Assembly (NCBI GenBank): GCA_026398415.1
Contig: JAPLSY010000084.1
Location: forward strand, 94,709-158,708
Direction of reading: 5' to 3'
From: Kiritimatiellota bacterium
GTDB lineage: Bacteria; Verrucomicrobiota; Kiritimatiellia; JAAZAB01
Length of the DNA stretch: 64,000 nt
Shown: positions 57,884 to 64,000 of the stretch, in pieces
Layout of the letters: the number at the start of each line of letters is the position of its first letter
How positions within the stretch are numbered: position 1 is the stretch's first letter
Program-made: the position numbers and the translations under genes
The notes under the pieces: model-generated
The model's database searches: none
The model's input: the letters and a program-made list of their open reading frames with translations, nothing else
What the model was told of the DNA's origin: nothing

Positions 57884-58245
57884 AACGGCTTGCCTCTCCG
57901 CCTCGGTCTTCGTCTATTAATAAGCAGTCGCTCCTTGAGGTCTACGGGGCAAAACATCATTACCTTGACAAGTAAGGCCTTGAGTTCATTCAGGAATGGA
58001 CAACGCGGATTGAATGAGTACAACCGTGTTTTACCTGCTGATCGGCTACGAAAAACCCCCCCCGCTTCCAGTTTGTCCAATTGATTGCGGATAGGTCTAT
58101 AGTCAACACCAAAAAAACGGGCAATTTCCCGGGGATATCCTTCCTCACGCGCAAGAATGAAGAGCAGAACTTGTTCGCAACTTGTTGATCCAAGCAGAGT
58201 TTCCAGCATTTTGCCAACTCCTTTCCTTTGCATCATATGATGCAC
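57880..58245 (-). CDS. Winged-helix transcriptional regulator, AbiEi-like (putative antitoxin)
   Basis: A wHTH-like core 'EQVLLFILAREEGYPREIARFFGVDYRPIRNQLDKLEAGGV', translationally coupled to the NTase gene. Confidence 0.4.
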   Translation of the reverse strand: MHHMMQRKGVGKMLETLLGSTSCEQVLLFILAREEGYPREIARFFGVDYRPIRNQLDKLEAGGVFRSRSAGKTRLYSFNPRCPFLNELKALLVKVMMFCPVDLKERLLINRRRPRRRGKPL

Positions 58246-58373
58246 ACATTACATCACGTGATGTAATATGTGCATCAGTATGCGCAATGGAACCAAGAAC
58301 TGCAAGTTTAATATTCAGATGGCAGAACGATGCTAAAATATATTTATGTATTTCTGTCGATTATCAAAGCAAA

Positions 58374-59330
58374 CTATAGCTGGAGGCTCATCCGCAAGCC
58401 CACATACGCCGATTGATCGCCCACCACGGTGACCACCTTGTTGTCATCCTTGTCGCGGATCATCATCTGCTGATACACGTAACAGCCCCCCTCCAGGGCC
58501 ACTTCCAGTGCGTGGAAAAAGCGTCGGGTCAGTTCCAGGCCGACAGGATAGCGCTGGTCATAATACTTGCCCCCCGGCACCGGCGGATCGTCATCCAACC
58601 GGTACTGCCGGTATTCCCAGCGGGCCAGGACGTTCAGTTTCGTCGTGGGCGAGAGCGTGGTGGTGAAATTAAGCCCCGGCCCCTGTGTGGCCAGCCGATA
58701 GCGTTCGCTCATTTTCCAATCGAACCCCGGGATCGGGATTGCCAGGAAAGCCCCCTCGAACCCGAAGCCCACGGCCGTTAACGACCATTTAAAGTCCGGG
58801 CTGACGATACGACTGACGCCTGCCAGCGCGGCAGGATTGAAGGCCTCCCACAGGTCAGCCTTAGTCTCGCCGGACACGGACATACTCCCGCCCGCCTGCC
58901 AGCCCCATTTCTCGTTGATGGGCGCCATAACCATCAGACCGAGCCGAAGCGTCACGGCATCCTGCATGAATCCGCTCTTGCCGAAGATCGTGTCGTCGCG
59001 CTGGTTGAACGAGTAGGCGGCATATTCGGCATCCACGTCGCCCATCAACATCAAGCCGGGCCGAATGCTCCGGCGCACAATCGCGCCCAGCCTGAAGCGC
59101 TGGGCGGTGACATCACTGCCGTCGTTGTAATGCGAGGAGGGATCCAGGCGGTAGCCGGTGCGCAGTTCGATCCCGCGCCCCAGTGGCGATTGCCCCAGAG
59201 GCAATTGCCTAATGGCCGGCGCGTTGGTCGTTGAGGCAATATCGACAACCGACAGCGCATTGGTCGACTGGGCCATGCCCCTACCCGCCATCAGGATACT
59301 CACCACCATGAGCAAAAAAGCTTTCTTCAT
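58374..59330 (-). CDS. Outer-membrane beta-barrel protein, hypothetical
   Basis: Signal peptide (MKKAFLLMVVSILMAGRGMAQ) and alternating amphipathic beta-strand patterning. It lies inside the low-GC island. Confidence 0.4.
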   Translation of the reverse strand: MKKAFLLMVVSILMAGRGMAQSTNALSVVDIASTTNAPAIRQLPLGQSPLGRGIELRTGYRLDPSSHYNDGSDVTAQRFRLGAIVRRSIRPGLMLMGDVDAEYAAYSFNQRDDTIFGKSGFMQDAVTLRLGLMVMAPINEKWGWQAGGSMSVSGETKADLWEAFNPAALAGVSRIVSPDFKWSLTAVGFGFEGAFLAIPIPGFDWKMSERYRLATQGPGLNFTTTLSPTTKLNVLARWEYRQYRLDDDPPVPGGKYYDQRYPVGLELTRRFFHALEVALEGGCYVYQQMMIRDKDDNKVVTVVGDQSAYVGLRMSLQL

Positions 59331-59526
59331 CTAACGATACGGCTTGTTTGTCTAACGCTCAATTTGCGCTCGTCCCGCCTCAGCCATCTTTGTATACTCG
59401 CGGCACACTGGGTAAAACATTACGTCTTGTCAAGCGGTTTTTTGACGGATATCATTCCCTAGCTAGGTACCGATGGGATGCTATTATTGAGGCATAATAC
59501 CTTGTTCGGGAAGAAGGTAAAATGGT

Positions 59527-59856
59527 ATGGATCATAAAATCGCCATTGTTTTGGAGCTTAGCGCTGGTGTGGTTTTGATAATCAAATACTTAGCAGGCCC
59601 TTATCTTTATCGAGAAGCAGAACGATGGGTAATGAAAGCAGTTCTCTGCGCAGGAGTGGCATTCCTACTCTGCGGAATGATGGGGGCCATGATCTACTGG
59701 CATCTCGTCAAAATTTCGTCGCACCAGTTCATGGTTGCCGCTTCTGCGCGATCAGGAATTGGCGGTATCGCTGTCGGCATCCTGTTGTCTTTGCTATTGT
59801 CCGGTCAGATAAGGAAGCTTTTCGTCTTCTACAGGACCAAACTTCAAGAAAAATAG
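59527..59856 (+). CDS. Small membrane protein, hypothetical
   Basis: 109 aa with three hydrophobic helices. GC ~45%. No homology recognised. Confidence 0.3.
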   Translation: MDHKIAIVLELSAGVVLIIKYLAGPYLYREAERWVMKAVLCAGVAFLLCGMMGAMIYWHLVKISSHQFMVAASARSGIGGIAVGILLSLLLSGQIRKLFVFYRTKLQEK

Positions 59857-59936
59857 AACCCCGAACCAAGCCTTCCAGCCTATCGCCCACAAGGTAGGCT
59901 CAGGCCGAAAGCCGTCGTTGTGCAGGAGGACGAAGT

Positions 59937-61013
59937 ATGAACAGAATAATAGCAATCCTGGTGCTCGTAACGTCAGCAGTATTCGTACACGATGTCGCCG
60001 GACAGGGTATGTTTGAACGGCTGAATTCGCAACATTCCGACTTGGCTGCGCCAATTCTCCTTTACGAACAGACCGGAACCAATCCCATGGCGATTGTGGG
60101 TTTTGCAAGTGGCTCTATCTATGGTGTACCCGTAGCAACCAACCAATCCAGCAAATGGATATCAGTCGTTACGGCGCGACATGCCTTACAGAACGGAAGC
60201 ACAGGGAGACCCATCACAGGGATGCTTGTCAAGATCAACATGCAGTCCTACGGTGATGCGAGATATCTTCAGGTACCTCTCAAACACGACCCGCCGCGGA
60301 ACTACTGGGTCTCACCATCGGGACTCGATCTATGTGTTATTCCTGTACCACCCGAGAGCGTACAGGGAGCGCAACTCGTGATGTTCAATGAAGGACAGAT
60401 TGTGTCGCCGGAAACACACCAGAAATGGCAACTTGATCCTGGCCTGATTGTCGAGGCGATCTCTATTCAACCTGAATATCTCGATCCTATTGATTTCAGC
60501 ACTCCACGAAATCTCCCAACGGTCAGAATTGGGCACCTTTCTCGTGTTGGGTTTCTTAAGTTGCCAAATGGACAATGGCACATACGTCCGCATGTCATCG
60601 ACATGCATTCTGGCCCCGGGAATTCTGGTGCATCCGTCGTCCTGCATGTTCCAACAAACAAAGAGGGGACAGCTCCAGGTACCGATGTATGCCAATACAT
60701 GTTCCTTGGAATAGTCATGGGCTTCAAAGAAGAAATCGGATCGTATATTCCCTATGAGGCTTTGGTTACCAACCGAGTCAAAGAGACACAATTGAACCTC
60801 GTAACAGCAGATGGAGGGGTCAGCAACAACGTGGCCATTGCAATCAAGACCGTGGCCAATCCCAATCTTACCTACGTAGTGCCAGTCCATGAACTTGCTT
60901 TACTGCGAGATTCTGAGGAATACAAAACGGCAGTTGCCATTATGGGGAGCAATAAGCAAAACTACCGTATGTTTGCAAACCTGCCAACAACAGGGAAAAC
61001 GCCGGTACAATAA
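59937..61013 (+). CDS. Secreted trypsin-like (S1-fold) serine peptidase
   Basis: Signal peptide. 'VTARHAL' is a TAAHC-like His. 'GPGNSGASVV' is a GDSGGP-like Ser motif. An Asp candidate lies between them. Low GC. Confidence 0.5.
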   Translation: MNRIIAILVLVTSAVFVHDVAGQGMFERLNSQHSDLAAPILLYEQTGTNPMAIVGFASGSIYGVPVATNQSSKWISVVTARHALQNGSTGRPITGMLVKINMQSYGDARYLQVPLKHDPPRNYWVSPSGLDLCVIPVPPESVQGAQLVMFNEGQIVSPETHQKWQLDPGLIVEAISIQPEYLDPIDFSTPRNLPTVRIGHLSRVGFLKLPNGQWHIRPHVIDMHSGPGNSGASVVLHVPTNKEGTAPGTDVCQYMFLGIVMGFKEEIGSYIPYEALVTNRVKETQLNLVTADGGVSNNVAIAIKTVANPNLTYVVPVHELALLRDSEEYKTAVAIMGSNKQNYRMFANLPTTGKTPVQ

Positions 61014-61086
61014 TGAAATCTAGCCTACCTCGTGCCCGTTGCGGGCACTCGGCAGCTGATTTCTGACGTTCGGACAACATAACGCA

Positions 61087-61602
61087 TCATACCGGCGCCC
61101 CAGCGGCCATGGTAATCGTGCGCTTGTCAAGGTCCGGCCCGGTTTCAAAATAAATGTGCATGGTATTTTCCGGGAGCCAGCTGCCAGCACGCTCGGCCCA
61201 TTCGATCACGGTGATTCCTTCCGTATCGAGGTAATTTTCGAAATCAATGCTTAACAGTTCATCCGGATCGCTGATCCGGTAAAGATCCATGTGAACCAAT
61301 GGACACCGGCCGCGGTATTCGTTCACAATCGTAAAGGTGGGGCTGGTCACGGGTTGCCGGACACCCAGCGCCCGGGCCAAACCCTGGACAAAACAAGTCT
61401 TGCCGCTGCCCAGTTCCCCGTGCAAAGCCAGCACGGCGCCAATCTTTCCGCCGGAGGCGGCCTGCCCGAGTTCGGCCAGGGATCCGCCTCCGGCCGTCGC
61501 TAAAGCTATGGCGGGCACGCTGGCGGACAATTCTGCAACGAGGGCCGCGGCCAAAGCCTGGGTCTCCTCCGGACTCTTAGAAATGACTTTCCGCGTCTTC
61601 AT
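61087..61602 (-). CDS. tsaE: tRNA threonylcarbamoyladenosine biosynthesis protein TsaE
   Basis: P-loop 'GELGSGKTCFVQGLARALG' and 'VTSPTFTIVNEY'. Confidence 0.8.
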   Translation of the reverse strand: MKTRKVISKSPEETQALAAALVAELSASVPAIALATAGGGSLAELGQAASGGKIGAVLALHGELGSGKTCFVQGLARALGVRQPVTSPTFTIVNEYRGRCPLVHMDLYRISDPDELLSIDFENYLDTEGITVIEWAERAGSWLPENTMHIYFETGPDLDKRTITMAAGAPV

Positions 61603-61659
61603 CCGATCATCGCACAAAATTGTTTCCTACAGTCTACGGCCTACAGCCTTACAGCCTAT

Positions 61660-62655
61660 TTATCTAAAATGTTCATAGCCGGTCGCTTTCAGCCGCACCT
61701 TTCGCCCCCGCGCATCCACGCACTCAATGACATTACGGCGATCTGTGATCCGGCCGATGTATGCACATGGCGTCTTAAAAGTTTTTCGCCAAGCCCGGAT
61801 CAGCTTTGCCGCGTTGGCCGGCAAAACCGTAAACAACAATTCGTAGTCCTCGCCATCGCAAAAGGCATGCCGCAGAACTGTCTGCCGCGATGCCGATTTC
61901 TTGATCGCCGACGCCAGGGGAATTGACGTTAAAAACAGTTCGGCCCCCACACGGCTTTGCCGGATGAGATGCCGGAGATCGGTCGCCAATCCATCACTGA
62001 GATCAATCATGGCGGTGGCCCAGCGCCGGCTTTGGAGCCAGCGGCCTTCCGCCAGGCGCGGCTGAAACGCCAGGTGTTTTCCATGGCGACTGCCTCCAAG
62101 CGTGCCGGTGACGAACAGGTAATCGCCTACCCGCGCGCCGCCCCGCAAAACGGCCTGCCCCCGCGGCACGCGGCCCACGCAAAACACGTGCGCCTCCAGG
62201 CACGGCCCGCGCGCCACATCGCCGCCGACAATGGCCACCCGCCAATGGCGGGCCAGCTTACTCAGCCCGGAATAAATGCCTGTCACCCGCGCAACGGACG
62301 TCGAAGCCGGCACCACGAGATTTACGAGCGCCCAGAGCGGCTCCCCACCCATGGCGGCGATATCGCTCAGCACGCGGGCCAGCGCTTTATGGCCCACCGC
62401 CGCGCCGGGCGTCGAGCGGGTAAAATGCACGCCCTCAATCACGGGATCGGATTTGAGCAGGTAATCATAGCGCGCATCGTCCGCCGGTCGCACCACGGCA
62501 CAATCATCACCCGGCCCCACTACCACATCGGCGCGCTCCGGCAGGGCGCGAACCAAGCGCTGAATCATACCCAGTTCGCCAAGGGTGCCCACTGTTTGTA
62601 TGCGTTTTTTCACCATGGGACACGTTCTGTCGTTGTCCGATTCAACGCCGATCAT
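61660..62655 (-). CDS. thiL: Thiamine-monophosphate kinase
   Basis: AIR-synthase-related fold. 'GDDCAVV', 'IEGVHF', and 'DLSDGLATDL' near the C-terminus. Confidence 0.8.
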   Translation of the reverse strand: MIGVESDNDRTCPMVKKRIQTVGTLGELGMIQRLVRALPERADVVVGPGDDCAVVRPADDARYDYLLKSDPVIEGVHFTRSTPGAAVGHKALARVLSDIAAMGGEPLWALVNLVVPASTSVARVTGIYSGLSKLARHWRVAIVGGDVARGPCLEAHVFCVGRVPRGQAVLRGGARVGDYLFVTGTLGGSRHGKHLAFQPRLAEGRWLQSRRWATAMIDLSDGLATDLRHLIRQSRVGAELFLTSIPLASAIKKSASRQTVLRHAFCDGEDYELLFTVLPANAAKLIRAWRKTFKTPCAYIGRITDRRNVIECVDARGRKVRLKATGYEHFR

Positions 62656-62711
62656 GGATCGGCTCCTACAAGCTAGAGGTCAGAGTCCGTTGTCCCACCT
62701 TCGCCCTTCGC

Positions 62712-63833
<1,122 letters not shown>

Positions 63834-63889
63834 AACATTCCTAAGCATACAAGAGCTTGGTACTTTATCCGCCTCGGGCGGATGTAACT

Positions 63890-63941
63890 GCGTTCCGCCT
63901 TGGGTTGGGCGAGTCTGCTAACCCAACCCAAGGCGGAACGC
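63890..63941. other. Perfect 20-bp stem / 12-nt loop hairpin (GCGTTCCGCCTTGGGTTGGG..CCCAACCCAAGGCGGAACGC) about 45 nt upstream of mtnA, preceded by a smaller CCGCCTCGGGCGG hairpin
   Basis: Read directly. No U-tract follows on either strand. Confidence 0.5.
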
Positions 63942-64000
63942 ATCGATGCCGAAATATTGACACCATCAAGTCGTGGCAAGCAAAAGAATAGCCAGGTTCA

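Noticed and set aside
63890-63941. Rho-independent terminator call for the 20-bp hairpin
   Set aside because: No U/T tract follows the stem on either strand.

Overview
This 64-kb window comes from a high-GC (~62%) bacterial chromosome. The most likely source is the PVC superphylum (Verrucomicrobia, Lentisphaerae or Kiritimatiellae), judged from giant FG-GAP, LamG and discoidin lipoproteins with 'DWDGDGDLD' repeats and beta-helix secreted proteins. The main elements, in order, are:

- 5' end: the C-terminal fragment of a glycyl-radical enzyme and a secreted beta-helix protein.
- Two ~1300-1450 aa paralogous FG-GAP, LamG and discoidin proteins in convergent orientation, flanking a LacI regulator and a tRNA-Leu(CAG).
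- A URO-D family protein, a hybrid sensor kinase and guaB, which is preceded by an (AGAAGTC)5 microsatellite.
- An mla operon (mlaD, mlaF, mlaE) plus a Trp-rich secreted protein.
- A division and cell-wall (dcw) cluster on the minus strand: mraZ, rsmH, ftsL, ftsI, murE, murF, mraY, murD, a LysM and Pro-Ala-repeat protein, then ftsW. It is unusually fragmented by long structured spacers, an IR-flanked mini-element, an inserted low-GC hicB-hicA toxin-antitoxin pair, and a small zinc-ribbon gene between mraZ and rsmH.
- A tandem-GT2 glycosyltransferase, a kinase-like protein, and an NfeD-stomatin pair.
- A ~14.5-kb glycan-modification cluster, the most interesting locus in the window. It combines two ArnC/GtrB-like polyprenyl-phosphate sugar synthases, three large GT-C-like membrane proteins, WecE-like and WecD-like enzymes (4-amino-4,6-dideoxyhexose N-acetylation chemistry), an SDR epimerase/reductase, a SAM methyltransferase, a B12-binding radical SAM enzyme and a SPASM-type radical SAM enzyme. 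This looks like an Arn-like lipid-linked amino-sugar transfer pathway with radical-SAM tailoring.
- A ~3.8-kb low-GC islet with an AbiEi/AbiEii-like pair, an outer-membrane protein and a trypsin-like protease.
- tsaE, thiL and mtnA at the 3' end.

No CRISPR array, rRNA or intact transposase was seen.
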